Source: Oculina patagonica
Taxonomy: Eukaryota
Assembly: GCF_052425735.1 (NCBI RefSeq)
Contig: NC_135758.1
Coordinates: 34,844,001 to 34,908,000 of the forward strand
Length of the DNA: 64,000 bases
Reading direction: 5' to 3'
Made by a program: the position numbers and the translations under genes. Positions 49,732 to 61,720 of this stretch are shown here, piece after piece. The notes beneath the pieces are model-generated. The model was given only the letters and a program-made list of their open reading frames with translations, was not told the DNA's origin and did not search any database. Within the stretch, counting starts at the first letter, position 1, and every line of letters begins with the position of its first letter.

Positions 49732-50259
49732 ATGATTGAAAGCGATCTGCTTTTCCCGTGGCTGGACCCCAACCTTCACGCCATGAGAGACCAGCTGAAG
49801 GACTTAAACAACTGTGAAGCGATGAGTAAAGTGAGGAAATGCAAGCAATTTGTCCAGCGACACCCAGTCGCTTCAGTCTTCCTCGGCACGTTTGTCATTA
49901 CTGGTTTTCTTCCTTTCTTTCTATTCCTGGCCTTCGTGGTCGGATCTTCTGTATTTGTTCTGTTCTCCATTCTTCTCTTTCAAGGCGGGGTTCTTGCAGT
50001 GGGAATGTTATGTCTCCTGGGAATGTTTGTACCGATTGTGTTATTTGGAACCAAAATAACAGCCTTTGTGTATTTCATCTATCTCATCAATGCAATGGTC
50101 CTTCGCGTGGCACACATCTTAACAAAAACAATTGTGTGGTTACCATCCACAATTCTCAAAAATGCCAGCCAAAAATTCCACGATATATTTCCGTGTTTTG
50201 GAGACGGAGTCAGAGTGGAATTACATCGTCGCTCGAGTTCATATTATTGTGACAATTGA
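49732..50259 (+). CDS. LDAF1: LDAF1/promethin (TMEM159)-like membrane protein, paralogue 1
   Basis: FVQRHPVASVFLGTFVITGFLPFFLFLAFVVGS...FQGGVLAVGMLCLL matches the promethin HP...P..F.....(E/Q)G hydrophobic-hairpin pattern. Acceptor ttttag precedes the ATG. Confidence 0.75.
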   Translation: MIESDLLFPWLDPNLHAMRDQLKDLNNCEAMSKVRKCKQFVQRHPVASVFLGTFVITGFLPFFLFLAFVVGSSVFVLFSILLFQGGVLAVGMLCLLGMFVPIVLFGTKITAFVYFIYLINAMVLRVAHILTKTIVWLPSTILKNASQKFHDIFPCFGDGVRVELHRRSSSYYCDN

Positions 50260-51176
50260 TGCCATGCAACGAGAAAAACTGATCAGCCCAGATAACCTAA
50301 AGAAACCCAAGCGAGCTGTGTTACAAAACCTTCGCGAAAGTGTACGTAGGAAATTTCAGGACAATTTGGAAACTGTAAACTCCAAGACGTATTAAACTAT
50401 AGATGGCAATTTAGTGTGTAGTTATTAGTTATATAAGGGAACTCCATTTTTCTATAAGCGGTAATGGACCGTCTATAATGGAAACATTGAAAATACGATT
50501 TTATTTTTGATTCAGTTGAAAGAACTAGCTACCCATTATGCCGAACCGATGGCGAACCACAGCCAAAAGGGAGGCGCACTTATGACATGTCAAACGATAG
50601 AACTAGATTCAAAGGGACTAGAATCGAACTTTTTCTTATCCCTGGAGATTTTTGTTACTTACGCTGAGTTTCTTCTCTCTTCAGAGGGAAGGGTGTAGAA
50701 TTCCCTGGGAATGAAGTTGCCAGCCATGGTCGATTTTGCCACTGTGCTCGCGCGCGCGTGTTGAACCGATTATTATCTCATTTATACGCAACATCCTTTT
50801 ATTACAAAGGCAAAAATCGAAAAAAACTGACCAGGAAGATGCCATTGCTATCACTAAACTGAGATTATTTGGAGTTTGCACGGTTAAAAATATCCTGAAT
50901 ATACCAGGGTAAGATTTTAACTAAGTTAACTAAGTGTTCTTTCACTAGTGAAGGTGTTTTTTTTTTTTTTTTTTTTTCTACTAGTTTGGCCCCTTGTCAG
51001 AAGACTACTCGTACTGTTAAAGTATTAGCACAGGCCATTAAATCTGCCTTTTTCCTTTTTCCACAGTGAAAGCCTTGCATTTTAAATTGTCCTATGTATT
51101 CCTTATAAAGTTGATCTTCTCTGGAAGAAGACGTAAAAAGTCAATTTTCTTTTTACTTTAACAGGTAAACTTTACT

Positions 51177-51635
51177 ATGGGTGACATGGATTTTGCGTTT
51201 CCACGGTGGAATGACTATATCCGTCTCATAGAAGATACATTGGAAGACACTAAGAACGTTGTCTTGTTTGTGCCCAAAAAAATCCTGCAAACTGCTCTTA
51301 ACCATCCCATGATCACCTTAGTGTTGAGTGTCGCCGCACTTATTGGGTTTTTCCCGTTTCTACTGTTTGCGTCTTTCACTATAGCATCCACGGGTCTCGT
51401 TCTACTCCACGTACTAGTGGTTCAAGGCGTGGCAGGGTTCATAGTGTTGGCGGGTTTCTCCGGCGTGCTATTACTGGTTATGCCGTGTACAGGTGTGGTT
51501 GTTGCATTATTGTATGGTGTGTATAGCTTTTGGATGAAGGTTTATAACATTTACAGCTATGTGGCCGACCTTTTTGCTTCGCTTCGAGTATTTATCAAAT
51601 CTTTCCTCAACGCATTGAAGAATCGATTGACATGA
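51177..51635 (+). CDS. LDAF1: LDAF1/promethin (TMEM159)-like membrane protein, paralogue 2
   Basis: ALNHPMITLVLSVAALIGFFPFLLFASFTIAS...VVQGVAG, collinear with paralogue 1. Confidence 0.7.
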   Translation: MGDMDFAFPRWNDYIRLIEDTLEDTKNVVLFVPKKILQTALNHPMITLVLSVAALIGFFPFLLFASFTIASTGLVLLHVLVVQGVAGFIVLAGFSGVLLLVMPCTGVVVALLYGVYSFWMKVYNIYSYVADLFASLRVFIKSFLNALKNRLT

Positions 51636-51902
51636 AAAAGCTAAGAGGTGATCCAGAACTTATCGACAGAAACTGACTTTTTAATCTCTCGATTTGCATT
51701 TTCTAACTTTGTTAACATTTTTCAGCAAGTGTATTTTTGGCATAACAAATTACAGAATTTTAAATATATACCTATACAAATCTGATCTACTCAGTACCCA
51801 TACGTAGAGGTAGTTTTCGACTGATTTACGCTGCGCGTTCGTATAACCAGGGTGTTTTTGGGAACCTAGCTAGTCCAAAGGCTTTTTATATTTTTGGATT
51901 TT

Positions 51903-52044
51903 NNNNNNNNNNNNNNNNNNNNNNNNNNNNNNNNNNNNNNNNNNNNNNNNNNNNNNNNNNNNNNNNNNNNNNNNNNNNNNNNNNNNNNNNNNNNNNNNNN
52001 NNNNNNNNNNNNNNNNNNNNNNNNNNNNNNNNNNNNNNNNNNNN
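51903..52044. other. Assembly gap (N run)
   Basis: Run of n characters. Confidence 1.
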
Positions 52045-52764
52045 TCTTGTTTCGTTGCCATATAAATGAAGCGCCAAGCCAATAGGGAGTGTCACCTCAC
52101 TTGAGCGCCGAAGTCACATTCTCCTCCCAAGCCTTTTTTTCTCAGGCTCTTTTCCAACAAAACAAGCTAGAGTGGCTCAGAAACAACTCACCTTTATGTT
52201 GGTCTCACAAGCAAAAATGAGGTGACTGATTGCAAATATTAATTGCGAATTATCTAACGATCAATCGAAATTACACTTTTGCTTGCCATTCTTGAGAAAG
52301 GACGAGTCTTGTTTACACAAGCCAAAAACCAGCCTTGATTTCAATTGCCGCGCCTATCTGGATTTCTATAGCTTTTGGGGTACTGGGATTTTGGGGAAAA
52401 ACAAGGGCGGAAGCTTAAAATTCAGCCGCTCGTCGAATGCATTCCGCGAGCTACCGGGACAGCGTTACTTTCCTGACAAACTGATTTTATCACCTAACTC
52501 GGGGATAAAAATTCTAGATCGACTCGAGGCGGTGACTGTAATTCAGGTTAAAAAAGAGACTACACCTTCTGTTCCAAAATTTTTGAAACGAAAAAAGTGT
52601 AATACACGAAAAGGTGATCCATTCAGTTCGGTAACTGGCGCGTTTCATTTAAACGGTCAAACTAAACATAAGGAACATGGAAACGGACCCAGATCAGATG
52701 CCACCATTAGAATACCAACACTGGGAGCCACTGTTTGACAATCGACAAACAGGGCAACAACTGA

Positions 52765-52995
52765 CTTCCGAATCTTATGACACGAGCATGGGTCCCCGAA
52801 AACATGGGGTGTCCCCGACGGGCGTAAAACTTAGTACCCCGGTCGGATGCTCTTACCACTGAACTCGTGATGAGCTAGCCGCCAAGCTCATCACAACTCT
52901 CTTTCTTTGTCACATGCTCGTGAAAAACTGTATACAGATGCTTCGGTACTGGAGTATGGCCGAGCTTAACATTTATCGTATTTGTATCTCTCAAT
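52765..52995. repeat. Degenerate inverted pair of the tRNA-like ~260-bp repeat family
   Basis: Minus-strand piece ATGACACGAGCATGGG...TCCCCGACGGG followed by plus-strand piece TTTCTTTGTCACATGCTCGTG...CCGAGCTTAA, homologous to 9800-10555. Confidence 0.55.
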
Positions 52996-53221
52996 ACATC
53001 TGATTCCCGATTAGCCCCCCCCCTCCCCCCTGAAATAAAGGAAGTTACCTTGATTAAAATGAGAAATCACTCACAGAAGCGCATAGCTATTGAGTTCAAT
53101 TGCTTTCAGTTACTTTAATAAATATTACTTTCTCAATATGAATAATCCAATAAAATCTATATTTACACAACGAAATGACGACAACAAGCTTACTTTAACG
53201 TCACCGAGTCTAGACAAAGCG

Positions 53222-56200
53222 TCAGTCAATAACAACCGAATCAACAGCCGATCTTTTGGCCTGTGTGGACAGTGGCGGTGAAACCATGTCGAGAGTTCTT
53301 TTACCAAGTATTTGCCGCTGTGTTTCTCGTTCGCCTTCACCAACTGCGTTTTTCGAGTGGATATCATTCAGCATATGCCTTGGAACCAAGACAGGGGTGT
53401 GACCGTCGGAATTCCCCCCTGTGGAAGCTATGAGGCGCTTAGCATCCTCTATAGTCGGAACAAGGACAACGAGTCCCTGAGGAATGTTCTGTTCGCTACT
53501 ACGAGACGAACGGCGCGAGAGAATGATCGGTTTTTTCGGCGAGGATGTAATTTTTGGCGGATTCGCTGAACTTTCGACGTTATTGGGTAAAGAGATAACG
53601 GTCATGGGTGGAGCCTGGGAACCAGTCGCGTTACAAGCAGTTGAAGACTTTACTGGGGCATGCTCTAGATCGGACACGACCGCTGCCAATGAAACAGGCT
53701 CAACCACACTGTCGTTCAATGTGGTGACAACGGGTTCAGTTTTACCACAGGCGGAGCTGTGCGCCGTGAACGGCATGCCGATATCTGAGTTTAGCGGACT
53801 TGTCCCAGTAAATTTTTTCTTCGGACTTAGGGGCGAAGAGAAACCGTTATTGTCCATATGAATATCCGTCCGTTGATTTTTCTCAGGGGTAGATGCAAGC
53901 GACACATAGCCACGAGAATCAATGCTGGGCTGTGTTTTGTCACCAAATAAATGCCTCTTGTAGGAGCCCTCTTCACCAGTTTCCTTTCCACCTCGAGAAT
54001 TGTCATGCGATTCCACTGACGTATGCGACCGGGCCGCGGAAGAGACTGGTACAGAGGCCGTTGTCTCTTCCCGCGAAGATGATGACGACACAGCCCTGTC
54101 GGCCAATAGAGTTTCAGTAGATGTTTTTCTCTCCCCTTTCCTTCCGTCTTCCTTCCCACGGCGATCAGACGCTGATGAAGGGGGACTATCATACGAGAAA
54201 CTGCTAGATGGTACAACAAGGAACTCAGGTTCAAGAGTTGACGCCAGCACTGGGGCTGGGACTCTCATTAGCTCAGGGTACTCTCTGTTCACAGTTTTCA
54301 CTACAAAAAGAAATAAAGACTCCATTGAATGATCGTGTTTGGGAATGGGACAAAGGAGTGAGTGGCCTGTGAAGACGTTGGCTTATTAATTATCATCAAA
54401 TTAATAATTATCAAATGAAGTAATTAAAACTTCCACTGGACCACATTGCTTTAAAAAATTCTGTGTCCAGTTTTTTCCCACATACTCCCGGAGTTTTCCA
54501 AAATATTCAGGCATGGAGCGATAGGACTATTTCAAGTTCTCCTAGGTGGCTGCCATTTTGTCCATGACGTCAGATGGTTACCACACTGACCCAGAGTTCA
54601 AATTATATTATATTTATAGCATCTATTTCTTTATTTTCCATGAGTGTATTACGAACTCACAAAGTGACCAGCTCCCAGTTGGCTTGATAGCTCAATTTCG
54701 GACTCTAGACCACTGGCCATAGGCCAGTCGCTTCCACTTGGCGTTAATTAAGTGTTTCAAATCCATTCAAGCCTGTGAAATTCTTTTCAGGTTTTCTTTT
54801 GCCAAAATCGGGTTGTGACTACTTAAGTTGCATGCATAGCTGCAATGATCTTTCACGTATCTAAAGAGGAACTATTGTTTCCTAATTACTGGTTTTTTGC
54901 ATTTTGCATTACTAAGGGTAAGGAGAATTAAGACATTAATGACTAACTAGCTTTATAGGTGTATGTGCAATGTACGAAAATAGCAACAGCTTCATAGCCC
55001 TCTGCACGCACTGCAAGCCAATATAATGCTTGCAAATAATTGGCTTGCATAGTTTTTCATTCCGACCTTCTCATCTCTCAGGTCAAGGCATTAAAGCAGT
55101 AAGTGACAGTTTATCATAAATTATTTAATAGCAGATGTTACCTGGAGAGTTCTTGTCTTGGGACACTGTCGTAAATGATTCTGAGGACACTACCTTCACA
55201 GGACTCATGTTCTGTTTGCGATTCCGTCGTGAAATCTTGTGCAGTGAGGAAGCGGCACTTCCATAAGGAACACCATGGGGACCACCTGCCATGGCATATC
55301 CAACAGGCGTACCATGTGACATGGAAGAGAGGGAAGCTGCAGAAGACCTGCGGGTGCTGCCATCATCATCATCGTCATCTGCTTGTAAGACATCAATGAC
55401 CTGAAGTAGCTGATGTGCCATTGGAGAAGTAGATGCAGACTCTTTTTTCACAGAACTTCTCTCATCACTTGAGCTGTCTTTGTTATGGTCATGACTTGAC
55501 GCCTCTTTCCTAGATGTACTAGAGTGTGACGAGCTCGGTTGGACATTTGCCCCTTCAGTCACCACCACACTGATGGCTTGACGAGGTGGTGGCAGCATTT
55601 CTGGGCTTTCTTGAGCAATAGTTCGTTCCTGCAGTAGCATGGCAGGAAGAATGAAACGACTGAGGAACATGAGAAAGGCAAGCTGGACAATGACAATGAA
55701 CTGGAACTTGATGTACAACGCATGGCACTTGAGCATGCTCATGATGTGTGGCTGTACATTCTGATGCGATTGCAACTTGATTCCCTAATGAGATGCTTGA
55801 CTTACTCAATGTGTACACCTTAGGTCCTTCACTGTCATGGACAATCACTTTTTGTTCGTCTGCCGATGCAGCTGAGGCAGGACCCCAAGTAGGGCGGGGC
55901 CTACTTGCCGCTGATGGAGGTGCTGTACCATGTGGCTGTGGGATGGCTAGTCCAGCTGCACTACCTTCCGTCAAATTGCTAACAGTCCTTTGTGCCAAGT
56001 CAACTTGATCTTGAAGAATGTTCAAAGTGTCTGAGGCATGCTTCATCTGGTTTCGAAGAAGACTTAGACACTGGTTTGCAAAGGAGACCTGATTCTTAAG
56101 GACACTGATGCTCTCTTTAGCATCCTGAACTTGACGCAACAGAGTTCCTTCTGGTGCTTTAGGTTCCTTTGCAGTGCTACTGGATTCTGCTTGTGTGTCA

Positions 56201-56244
56201 GCTGATGTGGAATAAACATAATCCCCTACAGTGCCTGGCTCCAT
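53222..56244 (-). CDS. Uncharacterised Ser/Pro-rich protein with N-terminal coiled coil; coding in 55142-56244 (frame change inside) and 53222-54366 (or 54300)
   Basis: Three long ORFs (55555-56244, 55125-55775, 53222-54325). Donor CCAG|gtaac at 55141 joins in frame to acceptors at 54366 or 54300. Acceptor atcag lies just upstream of ATG 56244. Confidence 0.7.
54645..54860 (+). repeat. Degenerate tRNA-derived repeat (intronic)
   Basis: ACGAACTCACAAAGTGACCAGCTCCCAGTTGGCTTGATAGCTCA (A-box-like) ... TTCAAATCC (B-box-like) ... CTTAAGTTGCATGCATAGCTGCAATGATC. Confidence 0.5.
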
Positions 56245-59200
56245 GACTTGATGAAGTTAGCTGATTACAATAAAAAAAGACAGAAATATTAAAATTAATC
56301 AATAACTATTATTTCAAAGTATATAATTTGTGTAAACTTTCCAATAAAAAGATCAGGAGTGGGAAAAAAAGTAGGAGGAGCTTGCCAATTCAGGATTTTA
56401 ACGGTGAATGATTCAGTCTTCATGACTTAGTAATTTTTCTATACCGGTATGGCTACTGCTCAGCAGGGCTACATGACATGAATTTCGTGCATGTCAACTT
56501 GTGTGTGGCCCACACCTCTGGATCTTACCCCAGTTTCCATAACATGAAAAAACTTTCAATAACATGTCAAAGCATTGTGAGAGTAGTGTCTTGCCCAAGA
56601 ACACCAAACTGAATGCTTTCATTAACTTCAAGTGGATTTACTATTGCCAATGCGTGGTAAAGCAGACAAATCAAAAGTGTATCACTACAACCTGAAGGCT
56701 AAACATCATTCACGAGCCATTTATGTTGTCTACAAAGGAGAATGTTTACATGCACAGGAAAATAAGTTGGCAAAAAATGTGAAACATTGTATTATGGACA
56801 GCTGAACACAGTTTGAATTTTGAATTTACGCCATAACTTTAAGGGGGGGGGGGGGGCTTCTCAACAAAGCTTTACAGAGGAAGGCTCTGCTGCAATACAA
56901 GGTCCAAACCCTTATCCATTTATACACCATTTTTGACAGAAAAGAGTATCCCTTTCTCATATTAAAAACCTTGAGTAATTTTGTACTCTGAAAAAAATCT
57001 GAGTTCTCTTGACTTAGTAAGGCTCCATTTTTCAAGAAGTTCCATCTATAAGCAAAGCTCTTCCCATTAACACCCCCTCCCCAAAAAGACAATAAACAAA
57101 AACTGAGGACACCAAAGAGAGGGGCCTTTCTGAACAAAAAATAAGCCCAGTGCCGTAATTCCTAGGATTTCTCTACAAGTCAATGAACTACAAATTCGAG
57201 GCCAGAAAACTTATTGTTACCATTTAATATTTTGTATGGTCAGGATATAAAATTGACCTAGTGCTACTTAGAGATAAACATTTTGAAATGTTTTTATTAA
57301 GATTAATTTTTATTTTGTTTAAGCAACATATATAGGAATGATAAACATGGGTTACTTAAAATAATGAGGATAGGATAACCACAGTGAATGGCACTATAGT
57401 CATATGTATTAGTGGAAAAGCATATTTTATTTAAGAAATTTTGGAAAAAATTAAATTAATTTAATTAATTAACATAATGACAATGGGATGGTGACCCAAA
57501 CTGGAGGGCACTAGCTTAATGGAAAAGTAAATTTTGTTTTAGAGATTTCAGAATAATAAATTATGGGATTTTTTAGCAGGCAAATGGTATAATAAAGGAC
57601 TTTGTTATTTCAATTATTTTGGACCTCCCATGCCAATCAAAGCAGCACAAATATCTGTCAATCGAAGCTGTGCCTGCAACCAGGCACTATATGTGGTTTC
57701 TTGCTTGCTTTTAGCATTTGTTCACTAAATTAATTCAAGACATTTGACTGTATAGTCAAATGAAAACAGGTTGCAGTGATTTTTTGAATCCCCATGACAA
57801 TAAATTGATTAAAAAATATTGGTAGCTTTGAAACCAAAATGGTGATAAAATCAGTATGAAATCAGAACTCAGGGATCTCTAGATAGAGTCTGAAAAGAAA
57901 ATACACACTCTAAAAATGCAAAATGCAGACTGAAATAAACTCTGAAGGAAAATTATAGATGTGTAAATTGAGCAAATTTAAGCTTAACTGAGCACAAAGA
58001 TTTTACAAAAGATTATTTACTCGTTTATACCAACACGATGAAGTAAACATTTAGACGTAGACATCTTTTAAGGCAAAAAATCGTGTGTTATGTTTTGTGA
58101 AACTGCCTTGACTGTATGATCACCACACACAGAGGTTCACTACACAAAATGAACAAACATATGATATTTTAAAAACCCTACAAATTTAAAGTAAGATTTT
58201 TCAGACGACATGACCTTATTGTAGTACTGAACTTTACCAGGCCACTTGAATTTAAGCTACTCTTTCAAACATTCTAAGAAAATAAAGCTTGGGCTTTACA
58301 ATCACGCGGTCGAAAACAAAACGTATCATATTTGTAAAGAAAAACCCTACCAAAAATAAGTACATTGTACTATATTTTCTGGTGCTTCCTATACGTTTTT
58401 CGCACCTGTTGAGTAAGGCCATTCAAGATTCACTATAATTGCGAAGCGAATGCTTTTTGTCCGCACATTTCAACTCGATCGAAAGCTTCCGAGTACATGG
58501 ACAGAAAAAAACTTTCATAATGATATTAAATTTCCCGGGAACATATCAATCGGTCAATCGCATGATGAAAAGCAATTCAATTTTAGATTCGGAAGCGTTC
58601 GACCGATAAGTGTTCTTTTAGAAAAGCAACGCGAATCAAGGCAACAAAGAATATTCAATCGCACAGAATTCAGCAGACACGCTAAGTGACAAACACGCAG
58701 TCTGTAGCATATCGGAAATTATTACTACCTTTTCACGCGATCTTGTTCCTTCCGTCGCTTCAAATTTGAATCCCTTTCGCGCCCGTCTCGACCCGTCGAC
58801 ACAGACTCCTCCAAGAAGACATCTACACCAAAGAAACGTCAGCTACGAAACCAAATTTTCGCGTCTAGAGACGAAATCTTCGTTTGAAAATCGCCTTCTT
58901 TGGGTCTTCGTTACAGTGAAGGCAATTAGAATATAAAGGACATATTAGCCGCGGATTTCATTTTGCAATTAGGTGCTATTGTTTCGTGGTCCAATCAGAT
59001 TTCAAAACTGGACAAGCGGCAGTCTCGTTTATTTCTTGGGCAGACCGCTTATTGATTCGAACCAATGATAAGCGCGGCCTTCACAATAAATGCCAATCAA
59101 GTCGTTTTAATCACGGTCAGATAATGAGTCAGCCAGCCAATGGTACCCTTCTCAGCTCATTAGCTTACTGAGCTATCAGCGTCGATTTCTCTGAACTGAG

Positions 59201-60174
59201 TATGTATTCAGCTGAAGTTTCAATTTTTGATATGAAACTGAAGTAGAGATAAATGTGATATATCAAACTTGACTTCGTGCAAGATAATATACGAATACTA
59301 TGCGTTTATTAAAATCATATCTTGCTAGAAATGTATGGGTAAATTTGTAATTAAATTCTTTTAATTGTTACAATGCACTTCGCGGGAGATGAGCTTTGAG
59401 CTGCAGAACACCTGCGCATCTTTGATTAACAGGAAATGATTTGGAGGGCGAGACCGCTGGTCGATCGGTCAGCGCTGATTATTAAAATGCTCTTCGAACA
59501 ATACATTTTAAGAGACTTCTGTACCGCTTGTACAAACAAGAACAATTTGTAGCCTGATTTTTTGTGGATCACTTAAATGATTAAACAAAACCAATCTTTA
59601 TCGGGGGTTAGGAAAGCTAGCCCCTAATGGTCCCTAATAAAGATTAGTTTTATCCAAGTCTTGCTGAAATTGGGTCGAAGGAATGAAAAGAAACTACAGT
59701 CTTCTACTAACAGTGTTTAATCAGCCTGGCATTTGTTTTGAAGTTTGTTTGATATTTTGAAATATGGCCACTATTTACACAATAAAATGAGGTGCTTGCA
59801 CAGAAGGGTCCTTGTCGCTGCGTGTTTTCGTGTTCAGTGTGCTTGTTCCGCACTGTCCCTTCACTTCGTGCCAGCACTTTTTAATAAGGCTCTGCGCGCA
59901 GGGTAATACTCTTCTGTGATTACTTGATTAAGTTGTTTGCGGGAACCGCTTTCTTTTGAAGAGTTGATTTTCTCCATCTATACTTATTTGCTTAATTACT
60001 TTTAAATTCAGACAAAATGGGTTGGAATTGGGTGGATTGGTGTGGGGCCATGGGATGGTACGCTGGATACGCAATTATGCACTGCTGTTTTCTAGCCCAC
60101 AATTTAAAAAGGTCAAAACCTAGGAATGCCCAGATGTACTCTGATTTGGTCCAGTCACGGGTAACCAAAGGGTA

Positions 60175-60470
60175 CCATCAGTGTGAATATCGAGTAAGAG
60201 TTTGTATGGATTTGAAATTTGATAGAAGATATTTTCACTTTTCCTTCGAAAAGTTGTAAGTTAAGTGAGTAAGTGATAAAAAACTTCCCCTTTTGTCTCT
60301 TTGTAGCTCGCCCAAAACGGCCTCCTGGGACCTTCCAGGGGCGATAAAAAGAACAACAAGTGAGGTTTTAAACACTTCTACTCACTTTATTAACAACGTT
60401 TTGATGGAAGAGTGAAAATATCAGTTTCCAATTGACTTGCAGATCCATACAAACTCTTAGTACACTGATT
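60175..60470. repeat. Degenerate ~100-bp inverted repeat (foldback remnant)
   Basis: TAAGAGTTTGTATGGAT...GATATTTTCACT versus AGTGAAAATATC...ATCCATACAAACTCTTA. Confidence 0.65.
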
Positions 60471-61243
60471 TAACGCTGTGGTTTCCTGTCGAACAGTAAG
60501 CTTATAAAAAAAGCTGGACCCCCTGAGTGGCTACATAACGAACAACGTAGAAAGCAACATTTTGGTCGTTCCTCTTCAGGATCAATAATTTGTTTTATTC
60601 TTTTTTATCTATATAAATAAAACAATGGTGGCATAGGAGATATTAAAAAAGCGTAGAAGCTACAAATTGACTGATGTACAGTATTTACAAAATAATAACT
60701 AGCTATAGTATATACTAAAACAGTGGATAGCGTTTTGGGCGCGCTGATTGGCTACTCAAACTCCAAATATCTTTTTCTTTTCCCCTCCGAGCAACGGGCG
60801 CGAAAAAATTTATTTTTGACAGAAAAAAATTTGTAAAAATATTTTTTTTGGGTTTTTTTTTTCTCTTTTTTTTTATATATAAAAAAAAAATTTTTTCTTT
60901 TCTTTGGGGGGGGGGGGGGGTAAATATTTTATCATTAGTCAAGACGAAGACTCTAGCGAAACAAAACGAATAGTCAGAGTTACACTTTCATTTTCCTGTT
61001 GTTTTAGTATGTACATATCGGTCGTGATAACACGAACATTAATCAAATTTATAAACGCTTTTCTTACAAATATATATTTGGGTATCAACTTGCTGAGATC
61101 ATGTGATGATATAAAACTCTCAAAGGCGGAGAAGCTTATCTTATATTTCTGACAGGACACGCAACATTCGCGCAGGCATTCAACCCAAAACACTAAAACC
61201 TTAAAATAACCATTCTAGCAAATATTTCTCACTCCATGTCATT

Positions 61244-61529
61244 TGTGCGGTTTTCATTTGAGTGTCGTAAAACCAGAACTAAAGTAATCACTCTGGCCAA
61301 TCACAAAGGACACAGACAATCCAGTGAACCAATCAAAACTCGACGGAAATACATGTCGCTGGCGCAAAGCGCGGGAAAACGGTGTGAGCCAGTCACGATT
61401 GGTTTGGGTCTCACTTCTGATTAGATGAGAAAGCGGCGCGACTTTTTTTTTAAACCAATCACAAAAAAAAGTAATGCAAAACCAATGAAATTCAGGATCA
61501 CTTTCGACACTCAAATGAAAACCGCTCTA
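61244..61529. mobile_element. MITE with ~25-bp TIRs
   Basis: GCGGTTTTCATTTGAGTGTCG ... CGACACTCAAATGAAAACCGC; internal CCAATCA repeats. Confidence 0.8.
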
Positions 61530-61720
61530 CTCAGTAATCAAAAGAAAACTGAGCTTGCGATATGATTTCTTGGCCAGTTACGGTGTCAGGGTGATAACGT
61601 AGTAATTTCTGTCCTCGTTTCCTCGCATTCAGTGGATTGGATGGAAAAAAAAAATCACGAAAATTTGAATACAACTGTAAGTGCCCAACTACTGAAGATA
61701 GCACACGCCAAGACGTTTAT

